The notes: generated by a model from the letters alone, not told the origin. DNA of 64,000 nucleotides from an uncultured Bacillota bacterium (GCA_963804645.1 CAWDRG010000009.1:352001-416000); one strand, 5' to 3'; counted from the stretch's first letter, positions 12,391-20,957 are shown. A program made the numbers and translations.

Positions 12391-12435
12391 CGGCTCGCGC
12401 GCGGCAGCCGATCGCGCCGCGGGGGTCCGCCGGCG

Positions 12436-12936
12436 TCAGTGGACCGAAGAGCCGAGCGACTGCGCCGGCAGCGGGTCCAGAAACCTGCGCGCGAGGATGC
12501 CGTCCACGATGAACAATGCGCGCAGCACCTGGAAGAGGCGGTGCACGAACAGATCTTTCGTCAGCGCGTCGTAGTAGATGTGCTGCAGCACGACGACGCG
12601 CTCCAGCGGGTCTCTGATCCCATCGAACATCACGCCCACGTGCAGCAGCTGCAGCTGGATGTCGCGCAGCAGCGCGATGCGCTCCGGTACGGCCAGCTGC
12701 CGCACGCGCTGCTGGCTGGGTCCGTCGAACGCGAGCGCGGCTTCGATGACGATCAGGTCATGCTTGTCCGCCCGCTGCGAGACGGCGATGATCGTGCCCT
12801 TCGGGTTCGTGGCCCGCAAGCCCCACACTAAGTGCGGCAGCACGATCGGATCGACCGTCCACTCCGCGTCGAGGAGCCATGATCGCACCCGGGACGCGAT
12901 CTCCGGGAGTGCGGGAGTTCCGGTTCCGTCCATCAA
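12436..12936 (-). CDS. Hypothetical protein, DUF2299-like
   Basis: VRSWLLDAEW N-terminus and IYYDALTKDLFVH motif recalled for this family. Confidence 0.55.
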   Translation of the reverse strand: MMDGTGTPALPEIASRVRSWLLDAEWTVDPIVLPHLVWGLRATNPKGTIIAVSQRADKHDLIVIEAALAFDGPSQQRVRQLAVPERIALLRDIQLQLLHVGVMFDGIRDPLERVVVLQHIYYDALTKDLFVHRLFQVLRALFIVDGILARRFLDPLPAQSLGSSVH

Positions 12937-13117
12937 CCCATCCTCCCAAGCGAAGGCATCGAGCGCCGGCCGTCCGCGTGAGCTCCGCGGTGTGTGGGTC
13001 CAGTATACCGCTCGAGTTCGCGGGTCAAGGACGCCGCCGCCTACCGCACCCTGCCAGGGACGGAGGCGGCCCGTCCCCTGAGCGGCTTAGGGGTGCTGCG
13101 AGGAGAGACAAGCACCG

Positions 13118-14411
13118 GGTAGTGTCAAGTGTTTTGTGTAAATTCCCGTGAGAGAGAGCGCCTCGCCTGCCGGACATTCAGAGCCTGAACGATCGCATAG
13201 ATAATCCGATCACAGCTGGCCACGTTCGTGAAGCACGTCATGGGGCGCGTGCGCCGGCGGACTTCGCGAAACACCCGTTCAATCGCGTTCGTCGTGCGCA
13301 CCCGGCGCCAGTCCGCCTCGTTGACGGCATAGAAGCTGAGCAGAGCGTCCTCCTCGCGCGTCAGACAGGCGACCGCCGCGGGGGCGGTGGCCTGCCAGGC
13401 CTGGACCCACTGGCGCAGGAGGCGGCGCGCGGCGTGGGCGGTCGGCGCCTGATAGATTCGGCGCGCCATGCGCAGACACGCGTCCCGGTCCTTGACCCGC
13501 AGCCGATTGGCCACGTTGCGGAGGACATGGACCCAGCACGCTTGGCGCGGGACGTCCGAATAGACCAAATCGAGGGCGGCATGGAGGCCCCGCTGGCCGT
13601 CCGTCGTAATCAGCTGCAACTGCTTCCCGACTAACCCGCGGCAGGCCAGCGTCGTGAGAAAGGCTTCCCAGGTGGTTTGGGTCTCGTAGCGGGCCAGCCG
13701 GAAGTCGATCAGGTCCCGCTGCCCGGTCGGCCGAATGCCGTAGGCCACGAGAATCAAGCGGCGCTTGCTCCCCGCGAGCCCTTTCACCCGGAGGCTGACG
13801 GCGTCGAGGAACAGATACTGATAGTGATCGTCCAGCGTCCGGTGGTGGAAGGCCGCCGCGGCTTGATCCAAGGCCCGGGTGATCGTCGAGACGGTCGTGG
13901 GGCTCACGACATCGTCGAGGAGCTTGGCGAGGACGGGCCCGACCTGGCGGGTGGAGAGGCCGCCGAGGAAGACCGCGCGGACGAGCGCGTTGACGTCACT
14001 GGTGCGGCGCTGATAGCGGCCGAGCACCGAGGGCTGGAACCCACTCTGGCGGGCCCGGGGAAGATGGAGATCGGGGATGGTGCCCCACGTCGTCACCAAG
14101 CGGCGGCGGTAGACGCCATTCCGATACCCCTGCCGGTCCGGATTCCGAGTGTACCGGCCGGCATTCAGATGGTTGATCAACTCGTCATGCATCCGGTTCT
14201 CCAGCAAGAGCTTGACCGTGCGGAGCGTCTCTCGGGAGACATCCCCCCACAGGGTCGCTTCATCCTTGACCTCCTTCCAGAGATCGGCTACGGTGAGATC
14301 GGTCAGTGGTCGCACACTGGCCATGGGCGTATCCCTCCTTATGGTTGGTCAGGTCGGGGTACGCCCTCTCTTTTCGGGCTCCTGCTTTTACACACAATAC
14401 CGTACACTACC
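13118..14411 (-). mobile_element. IS256-family insertion sequence (1294 bp)
   Basis: 25-bp imperfect terminal IRs GGTAGTGTCAAGTGTTTTGTGTAAA / revcomp GGTAGTGTACGGTATTGTGTGTAAA (20/25); GCACCG direct repeat at 13112-13117 and 14412-14417. Confidence 0.9.
13125..14324 (-). CDS. IS256 (Mutator-like) DDE transposase
   Basis: YRNGVYRRRL, GLSTRQV, YLFLDA, ITTDGQRGL, QACWVHVLRN, RTTNAIERVFREVRRR. Confidence 0.95.
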   Translation of the reverse strand: MASVRPLTDLTVADLWKEVKDEATLWGDVSRETLRTVKLLLENRMHDELINHLNAGRYTRNPDRQGYRNGVYRRRLVTTWGTIPDLHLPRARQSGFQPSVLGRYQRRTSDVNALVRAVFLGGLSTRQVGPVLAKLLDDVVSPTTVSTITRALDQAAAAFHHRTLDDHYQYLFLDAVSLRVKGLAGSKRRLILVAYGIRPTGQRDLIDFRLARYETQTTWEAFLTTLACRGLVGKQLQLITTDGQRGLHAALDLVYSDVPRQACWVHVLRNVANRLRVKDRDACLRMARRIYQAPTAHAARRLLRQWVQAWQATAPAAVACLTREEDALLSFYAVNEADWRRVRTTNAIERVFREVRRRTRPMTCFTNVASCDRIIYAIVQALNVRQARRSLSREFTQNT

Positions 14412-14439
14412 GCACCGGCTGGCGTTGTAGTACCGCGCG

Positions 14440-14448
14440 TGGTATAAT
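14440..14448 (+). promoter_or_regulatory. Extended -10 promoter of the rpsF operon
   Basis: TGgTATAAT, perfect extended -10. Confidence 0.7.
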
Positions 14449-14512
14449 ACGGCGCGGTCAGATCAGCCTCTTACAATTGCATAGCGGACGGCCGCGCAAA
14501 GCGCGGCCGCTG

Positions 14513-14608
14513 CCTTCCTGCCCTATCCGCCCGCGGGCGCATTTCGCCGCGGACGCTCGTGTAGGGCCGCCGGGAGCTCATCAGACCCGATCAGTCCAGA
14601 GGAAGGAG
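14513..14608 (+). ncRNA. Putative S6:S18-binding rpsF leader (cis-regulatory RNA)
   Basis: CCTTCCT (14513-19) pairs with the SD-containing AGGAAGG (14600-06); inner stem GCCCTAT/GTAGGGC followed by CCG; directly upstream of rpsF-ssb-rpsR. Confidence 0.6.
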
Positions 14609-14615
14609 AGTGCCA

Positions 14616-15098
14616 GTGAGTATTTATGAGATCGTCGTTGTCGTGCGCCCGGATCTTGACGAAGAGGCGCTGAACGCCGTACTCGAGCGTGTGCACCAGC
14701 GGATCGTCGAGGTCGGTGGTGAAGTGACGTCCACCGATCGTTGGGGCAAGCGCCGGATCGCCTACCCGATCCGAAAGTACCGCGACGGATTCTACGTCAT
14801 GAGCGTGTTTTCGCTTGCCTCGGACCACGTCGCACGCCTGCGCCAGACACTCGAGCTGAACGAGGACCTCCTGCGGTTTGTGGTGGCTACCCATCGGGTC
14901 GCGCCGAAGCCCGTGGTCGCGGCACCCGCAGCCACACCCACACCCGCTGCCGCATCAGCGCCCGCGGCCACACCTGTAGCCGCCGCGGCACCCGTCGCGG
15001 CCGCGCCCGCGGCGCAGCCCGTTGGCCAGACCCCCGCCGCGGCACCCGCAGCAGAAGGGCCCGCGGCTCCCGGATCCTCGGGGACCGCCGATGTATAA
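14616..15098 (+). CDS. rpsF: 30S ribosomal protein S6 with Ala/Pro-rich C-terminal tail
   Basis: YEIVVVVRPDL, WGKRRIAYPI, GFY, LNEDLLRF; GTG start 7 nt after AGGAG. Confidence 0.96.
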   Translation: MSIYEIVVVVRPDLDEEALNAVLERVHQRIVEVGGEVTSTDRWGKRRIAYPIRKYRDGFYVMSVFSLASDHVARLRQTLELNEDLLRFVVATHRVAPKPVVAAPAATPTPAAASAPAATPVAAAAPVAAAPAAQPVGQTPAAAPAAEGPAAPGSSGTADV

Positions 15099-15498
15099 CC
15101 GGATTATCCTGATCGGGCGGCTCACCCGAGATCCTGAGCTCAGGTACGTGCCGAGCGGCGCGCCCGTCGCGTCGTTTACGCTCGCGGTGGATCGGCCGTT
15201 CCGGGACCAGCAGGGCAACCGGGAGACGGACTTCATCGACATCGTCGCCTGGCGCAAACTCGCCGAGCAGGTCAGCCAGTACATGACCAAGGGCCGGATG
15301 GTCGCGGTCGAAGGCCGCCTGCAGATTCGGTCCTACGAAACCCAGGACGGCCAGAAGCGGAAGGTCGCCGAGGTGGTCGCGGACGGCGTCCGCTTCCTGG
15401 ATCGCGGCGACCGCGCACGTGCGGGGACAGGCACCGGGGAGGCCGCGCCGGCCGACGAACCGGCGGCGACCGGTCAGGACGAGGACGTCCCGTTCTGA
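15091..15498 (+). CDS. ssb: Single-stranded DNA-binding protein
   Basis: MYNRIILIGRLTRDPELRY...VEGRLQIRSYE...C-terminal DEDVPF. Confidence 0.97.
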   Translation: MYNRIILIGRLTRDPELRYVPSGAPVASFTLAVDRPFRDQQGNRETDFIDIVAWRKLAEQVSQYMTKGRMVAVEGRLQIRSYETQDGQKRKVAEVVADGVRFLDRGDRARAGTGTGEAAPADEPAATGQDEDVPF

Positions 15499-15564
15499 GC
15501 GCCGCGGCTGACGTCCGGCGCGCAGCGTCCATCACAACCCTAAGTTGACGCGAGGAGGAGAGTC

Positions 15565-15831
15565 ATGCCACCCGAGGGCAGGGATCGAGGAGAAGCACGG
15601 CCGCGCCGGGATTACCGGCGCCGCCCCAAGCGCAAGGTCTGTTCGTTCTGCACGGAGAAGGCGACGTTCATCGACTACAAGGATGTGAACCGGCTGCGTC
15701 GGTTCGTGACCGAACGCGGGAAGATTCTGCCCCGTCGGGTGTCGGGCAACTGCGCCAAACACCAGCGTGCGCTCGCGGTCGCCGTCAAGCGCGCCCGAGA
15801 ACTGGCCATGCTGCCCTACGCGGGAGAGTAA
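15565..15831 (+). CDS. rpsR: 30S ribosomal protein S18 (Cys-containing form)
   Basis: [32 protein letters not shown]. Confidence 0.97.
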   Translation: MPPEGRDRGEARPRRDYRRRPKRKVCSFCTEKATFIDYKDVNRLRRFVTERGKILPRRVSGNCAKHQRALAVAVKRARELAMLPYAGE

Positions 15832-15876
15832 GCGAGGCGCTGGCCGGCCGTGTGTCCGGTCGGCACCGCTCTGCCA

Positions 15877-17136
15877 ATGGTGAAGAAGGCGCAGCGACAC
15901 CCCACGCGCGGGCTGACCGAAGGGGCGATCCTCGCCGCGCTCACTGTGCTCGTCGCCGCAGTCGGCCTCGTCGCGCCATTTGTCGGCACCCTGCTCGCCC
16001 CACTCCCGATCATGCTCTTGGTCATCCGCTGGGGGCTGCGCGTGGGCGCGCTGGCGGCGTTGGTCGCGGCGCTGATTTTCCTGCAGTTCTTCGGCCCCGT
16101 CAACGCGCTGTCCGTCACGGCACTCTTCGCCCCGCTCGGGCTCGGCCTCGGGTGGGGAGTCTGGCGCGGTATCGGCGCCACGCTGACCGTACTGGTGGGT
16201 GCGTGCGCGCTCGTGATCGCGACGATCGCCAGCTTCGCGATCGCGACCGTCATGCTGCATCAGGACCTCCTCGGCCAGTTCGTCAAGGGCCTGGTGGCGA
16301 GTCAGGTGGAGGGCCTGAAGGCACTGCTGGCCTCGACGCTCTGGGCGGTCACGTTCGCCAAGCGCAATCTGCCTCCGGACGTCTTGGCCTCATTGCGTCA
16401 CAACCCGCTGCTGGTCAGCCAGTTCCACCAGCAGGAAGACCAAACCCGCAGCATGATCGAATTCACGCAGAAGTTCGCCCCAGCGTTCATTTATCACGCG
16501 CTGCCAATCATGCTCTGCGTCGGCGGGCTGATCTGGGCGTATCTCTGTTACACGCTGGCCCGTGTCGTACTCCGCCGTGTTGGGCACGAGCCGCCGGGAT
16601 TCGCTCCGATTCTCACCTGGCGCCTCCCGCCGGCGCTCGCCACCCTGATCCTGTGGGTCTTCGCCGGCGTGACGTTCCTGAGTCCGCGAATCCCGTGGCT
16701 CGCGACCACGTGGGTGAGCGTGCTCCTGCTCACCCTGTTTGTCTTTGGTTTCCAGGGCACGCTCGTCGCGCTCGCGTGGATGAAGCGGAGGCGACTGTCG
16801 CGGGCCGTTCAGATCATCGTGATTGCCCTGTTGATCACATCGGGGCTCTATCCGATCCTCGCGGCCGTGATCCTCGGGCTACTTGACGGCTGGTTCGATT
16901 TTCGCAAGCTGTCGGTCCCGGCACCGCCTGCTGACCACGCGCAGGCGCCCGCAGCCGTGATTGACCCGAGCGCGGACAGCGCCGGGCAGGTGGGTGGTAC
17001 CCACCCCCTCGGCGACAGTCTCCGCACCGCCGGCCAGAAGCCGGACCGCCAACATCGTCACAGCACAAGATCCGGACGATCCAAGACCGGACGCCGCGCG
17101 ATGCGGCGTCCACGCGAAGGTGGTGCATCCTCGTGA
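15877..17136 (+). CDS. YybS/DUF2232 family membrane protein
   Basis: TRGLTEGAILAAL, PLPI, FQG, GLLDGWFDFRK; between rpsR and rplI. Confidence 0.85.
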   Translation: MVKKAQRHPTRGLTEGAILAALTVLVAAVGLVAPFVGTLLAPLPIMLLVIRWGLRVGALAALVAALIFLQFFGPVNALSVTALFAPLGLGLGWGVWRGIGATLTVLVGACALVIATIASFAIATVMLHQDLLGQFVKGLVASQVEGLKALLASTLWAVTFAKRNLPPDVLASLRHNPLLVSQFHQQEDQTRSMIEFTQKFAPAFIYHALPIMLCVGGLIWAYLCYTLARVVLRRVGHEPPGFAPILTWRLPPALATLILWVFAGVTFLSPRIPWLATTWVSVLLLTLFVFGFQGTLVALAWMKRRRLSRAVQIIVIALLITSGLYPILAAVILGLLDGWFDFRKLSVPAPPADHAQAPAAVIDPSADSAGQVGGTHPLGDSLRTAGQKPDRQHRHSTRSGRSKTGRRAMRRPREGGASS

Positions 17137-17579
17137 AGGTGATTTTGCTGAAGGACGTCCCCTCGATCGGGCAGCGCGGCGAGGTCCGCGAGGTGAAGGA
17201 CGGCTACGCCCGCAACTTCCTGCTGCCTCGGGGGCTCGCGGCGCCGGCGACCGCGACCAACCTCCAGAGCCTGGCGCAGAGCCAGGAGGCCGTCAAACAG
17301 CGTGAGACCAAAGCTGCGCAGGAGGCCGCCGCGCTCAAGTCCCGCCTCGAATCACTCGTCATCGAGGTGCGGGCCCGCGCGGGAGAAGAAGGACGCCTGT
17401 TCGGGTCGATCACCGCGCAGGACATCGCCGATGCGATCGCGCGCAAAGGCGTCTCGGTCAGCAAGAAGCAGATTGAGATCGCGGAGCCGATTAAGACGGC
17501 CGGGTTTTACAAGATCCCGATTCGAATCCACCAGCAGCACACCGCCATGGTGGAAGTCAACGTCGTGGGGGAGACGTAG
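17133..17579 (+). CDS. rplI: 50S ribosomal protein L9
   Basis: MKVILLKDV...VKDGYARNFLLPRGLA, GRLFGSIT, EPIKTAG. Confidence 0.97.
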   Translation: MKVILLKDVPSIGQRGEVREVKDGYARNFLLPRGLAAPATATNLQSLAQSQEAVKQRETKAAQEAAALKSRLESLVIEVRARAGEEGRLFGSITAQDIADAIARKGVSVSKKQIEIAEPIKTAGFYKIPIRIHQQHTAMVEVNVVGET

Positions 17580-17662
17580 TCCGCGACCACACGGGCGAAC
17601 GTGGTTCGCGTCGTCGCCCCAGGGAGACCGCCGCCCCGGCTTCCACCAACTGAGTACGGGAC

Positions 17663-17878
17663 CTGTCCACGGAGAGTCTGGCTCACTCCATCCGGGCACG
17701 CTAACCTATCTCTTGAACGCGTACGGAGACGCTCCTCGGGTCTGAGGCCGCGGTTGACTCCCATCCACAAGGTATCAACAGGTCGTCAGGAGTTCAGGCG
17801 GCATAAGCCAACAACTCTTCCCCATGAACAGCCCTGTTATGCACAGCAACTTCGTAGGAAACTCCCAACCCACACACA
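17663..17878 (+). promoter_or_regulatory. Cluster of DnaA-box-like 9-mers
   Basis: TTATGCACA (17837-45, fits TTATNCACA) plus co-oriented degenerate CTGTCCACG (17663), CCATCCACA (17761), GTATCAACA (17772), CCATGAACA (17822), CCACACACA (17870). Confidence 0.5.
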
Positions 17879-17963
17879 AGGTATGACACCGCGTTTCATA
17901 GGATTACAGTCACAGGCCTAACTGCTCCCCGATGAGCACATCTGGCGCGGGCGCCAGTGGATG

Positions 17964-17993
17964 TAGACACGCCACGAACATATGTTCTATAAT
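17964..17993 (+). promoter_or_regulatory. dnaB promoter overlapped by a Gram-positive-type LexA (SOS) box
   Basis: -35 TAGACA (17964-69), 18-bp spacer, -10 TATAAT (17988-93); CGAACATATGTTCT (17975-88) = GAAC-N4-GTTC. Confidence 0.75.
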
Positions 17994-18025
17994 TCGAAAA
18001 AGCCCGCTTCAGGAGGCACGGCAAC

Positions 18026-20869
18026 GTGAGCATTGCCCAGCAGCTAGAACGCATCCCGCCCCAAAACCTCGAAGCGGAACAGGGCGTGCTGGGATCGATG
18101 CTGCTCGACCGCGACGCCATCGCCCGCGTTATCGAATCGCTGCGCGCGGAAGATTTCTATCGCGACGCCCACCGTGTGATTTACATGGCGATGACCGAAC
18201 TGTTCGAGCGCGGAGAGCCCGTGGATCTGATCACGGTTACAAACCGCCTCACCGTACAGGGCAAGATCGATGACATCGGCGGCGCCACATACCTTGCGTC
18301 GCTCCCGAACGTCGTCCCCACTGCCGCAAACGTGGACTTCTACGGCAGCATCGTGATGGAAAAATCCATGCTGCGCCAGCTGATCAGTGCCGGCACGCAC
18401 ATCGCCGCGCTTGGGTACGACGCCGCAGACGACGTCGCCGCCCTGATTGACCAGGCCGAAAAGATGGTGTTCGGCATCGCCGCCCGCCGGAATGTTCAAG
18501 ACTTCCAGGCGATCAAGGAGATCCTTAAGGAGAGCTTCGATAAGATCGACAAGCGCTATCAGGAAAAGGGCACCGTCACGGGGGTCGCGACCGGATTCAC
18601 CGACCTCGACATGCTTACCTCCGGTCTCCAAGACTCCGACATGGTGATCGTCGCAGCCCGGCCATCGGTCGGCAAGTGTTTGACCGCCGACGCCGAGATC
18701 CTCCTGGCGGACGGCAGCATCGTCACCATCGGCGAGATCTACCGGCGGCGGCAAGGACGGCTGATGACGCTCGGGAACGACTGGCGATTCCGGTTCACGG
18801 AACCGTCGGCGTTCGTGGACGACGGCCTGAAGCCCGCGTTCCGCGTCACCACCCGGCTCGGACGCCGGGTCGAGACGACGGCGAGCCATCCGTTTCTGAC
18901 GCTCGACGGCTGGCTGCCGCTTGCCGCGCTCCGCACCGGAGACCGCATTGCAGTGCCGCGCCGTCTCAGTGTATTCGGCAACAAACCCATGCGCGAGTGC
19001 GAGGTGAAGCTCCTCGCGTACTTCATCGGAGATGGCTCACTGACAGGCGGCAAGGCCGCATTCACGAACACAGATCCCACCATGCTGCGCGATTTCTCGG
19101 CAGCCGTGCGCGCGTTTGGCGGCGTGCGCTGCCGTCGTGAGCGTGATTGTAGTGGCCGGCGCGCGCCGACGCTCGCCGTCGCAGGGAATCCGATGTTCCG
19201 CCGACAGCAACGCCGCGAGTTCGCCGGGCAGCTTCGTGCGGCGCTGGGGACAGCCCGCGGTGCCCGGGCCAGCCTGGCGCGAGCGCTCGACGTCACCCCG
19301 GCGGCCGTGCTCGGCTGGTGTCGAGGCGAGCAGGTCCCGAAGGCACACCGGTTTGCGCAGTTGTGCGGGGTGGTCGGCGTACCACCCGACCGCCTCGCGC
19401 CGCACGGTTTTCCGCCTGTGAGCCGCAGCAGCCAGAACCCCGTCGTCCTCTGGCTGCAGGCCCTCGGACTCTGGGAAAAGAAGGCGGCGGAGAAGCGGCT
19501 GCCGGCGGCGGTCTTTACACTGCCGAAGGCGCAATCCGCCCTCTTTCTGAACCGGCTGTTCGCAACGGACGGATGGGCCGCGGCGAACGCAGTGACCCGT
19601 TTGGCGCACGTTGGATACGCGTCGAGCAGCGAACATCTCGTGCGGCAGATCCAACATCTGCTGCTTCGCTTTGGGATCGTCGCTTCCGTTCGGAGGCGCA
19701 GTGTCCGCTATCTTCGCGAACTACGCACAGCGTGGGAGCTGTGCATCACGGATCCCGCCTCGATTCGCACGTTTGCCGAGGAGATCGGGATCTTCCGCAA
19801 GGAGCGCAAACTACAGCAGGCGCTCACGGTCGTCGCCCGGCGGGGTCGTATCCCGAATCGCGACACCATCCCGCGAGCGGTATGGCGCACGATGGCTGAC
19901 GCGAAGGGCGCCGAGTCGTGGGCGTCGCTTGCACGGCGCGCTGGCTGGGCGAATACCGGAAACGTCCACGTCGGAGTACGCGCACCGTCGCGAGATCGCC
20001 TCTTGACGTTCGCAACAGCTCTCGCCCACGACGGCTTGCGGCAGCTCGCCCACAGCGACGTGTACTGGGACGAGATCGTGGCGATCGAACCGACGGGCGA
20101 GAAACAAGTCTATGATCTTACGATTCCGGAGACCCACAACTTTGTCGCCAACGACATCTGCGTACACAACACGACCTTTGCGCTCAACATCGCGCAGCAC
20201 GCCGCACTCACCCGCAAGATCCCGGTGGCGATCTTCAGCCTTGAGACGAGCAAGGAGCAGCTGGTCCAGCGCATCCTCTGCTCGGAAGCACAGGTGGACA
20301 ACAGCAAACTCCGCACCGGGTTCCTGGCGGACGAGGACTGGCGCAAACTGGCCCGCGCGATGGGAGGACTCAGCGAAGCCCCCATCTTCATCGATGATTC
20401 GGCGACGCTCTCCGTCATCGAGATGCGGGCAAAAGCCCGGAAGCTCAAGGCCGAGCATGGGCTCGGGCTGATCGTGATCGATTACATCCAGCTCATTCAA
20501 TCGTACCGGCGTACCGAGAACCGCACCCAGGAGCTCAGCGAGATCGCCCGCAACATCAAGTCGCTCGCCAAGGAGCTCGCTATTCCGATCATTGCGATCT
20601 CACAGCTCAGCCGCGCCGTCGAGGCGCTCGGGCAGAAGCGCCCGATGCTGAGCCACCTGCGCGAGAGCGGCGAGATCGAACAGGTGAGCGACCTCGTGCT
20701 GTTTCTCTATCGTGAGGATTACTACGATCAGGAGAAGGCGCACAAGGAGAACAAGGAAAATATCTGCGAGATCATCATCGCCAAGCACCGCAACGGTCCG
20801 ATCGGCACCGTGGAACTGTACTTCCACAAGGAGCACAGTCGGTTCGACAATCTGTCAAAACAACGATAA
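18026..20869 (+). CDS. dnaB: Replicative DNA helicase DnaB containing an intein
   Basis: PPQNLEAEQGVLG, AARPSVGK|TTFALNIA (Walker A split by intein), IVIDYIQL, ISQLSR, LRESGEIEQ, AKHRNGPIG. Confidence 0.97.
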   Translation: MSIAQQLERIPPQNLEAEQGVLGSMLLDRDAIARVIESLRAEDFYRDAHRVIYMAMTELFERGEPVDLITVTNRLTVQGKIDDIGGATYLASLPNVVPTAANVDFYGSIVMEKSMLRQLISAGTHIAALGYDAADDVAALIDQAEKMVFGIAARRNVQDFQAIKEILKESFDKIDKRYQEKGTVTGVATGFTDLDMLTSGLQDSDMVIVAARPSVGKCLTADAEILLADGSIVTIGEIYRRRQGRLMTLGNDWRFRFTEPSAFVDDGLKPAFRVTTRLGRRVETTASHPFLTLDGWLPLAALRTGDRIAVPRRLSVFGNKPMRECEVKLLAYFIGDGSLTGGKAAFTNTDPTMLRDFSAAVRAFGGVRCRRERDCSGRRAPTLAVAGNPMFRRQQRREFAGQLRAALGTARGARASLARALDVTPAAVLGWCRGEQVPKAHRFAQLCGVVGVPPDRLAPHGFPPVSRSSQNPVVLWLQALGLWEKKAAEKRLPAAVFTLPKAQSALFLNRLFATDGWAAANAVTRLAHVGYASSSEHLVRQIQHLLLRFGIVASVRRRSVRYLRELRTAWELCITDPASIRTFAEEIGIFRKERKLQQALTVVARRGRIPNRDTIPRAVWRTMADAKGAESWASLARRAGWANTGNVHVGVRAPSRDRLLTFATALAHDGLRQLAHSDVYWDEIVAIEPTGEKQVYDLTIPETHNFVANDICVHNTTFALNIAQHAALTRKIPVAIFSLETSKEQLVQRILCSEAQVDNSKLRTGFLADEDWRKLARAMGGLSEAPIFIDDSATLSVIEMRAKARKLKAEHGLGLIVIDYIQLIQSYRRTENRTQELSEIARNIKSLAKELAIPIIAISQLSRAVEALGQKRPMLSHLRESGEIEQVSDLVLFLYREDYYDQEKAHKENKENICEIIIAKHRNGPIGTVELYFHKEHSRFDNLSKQR
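18677..20170 (+). mobile_element. Intein (498 aa) with LAGLIDADG homing endonuclease in the DnaB P-loop
   Basis: Starts CLTADAE after GK; TASHPF block B; LLAYFIGDG and FLNRLFATDG; ends VYDLTIP..HNFVANDICVHN, +1 residue Thr. Confidence 0.95.
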
Positions 20870-20893
20870 CTACTGCGGCGGCGGAGTAGTAGT

Positions 20894-20957
20894 TGTAGGA
20901 TTCGATCCTATCTTGGCAATATCGAAGATATCTCGACATGGCAATTGTGAGGATATC
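20894..20957 (+). repeat. dnaB-proximal end type A, copy 1
   Basis: TGTAGGATTCGATCCTATCTTGGCAATATCGAAGATATCTCGACATGGCAATTGTGAGGATATC; homologous to 23130-23199 and 25132-25198. Confidence 0.85.

Noticed and set aside
13002..13028. Minus-strand promoter TTGACC...TATACT for the DUF2299-like gene
   Set aside because: The spacer is only 15 bp; not confident enough to list.
13125..14324. IS256 transposase as the mobiliser of the cassette array
   Set aside because: Its IRs (GGTAGTGT...) do not resemble the cassette ends and lack the TTGCYAAGATA motif.
14425..14448. TTGTAG as the -35 of the rpsF promoter
   Set aside because: Only 12 bp from TATAAT; the extended -10 explains the promoter.
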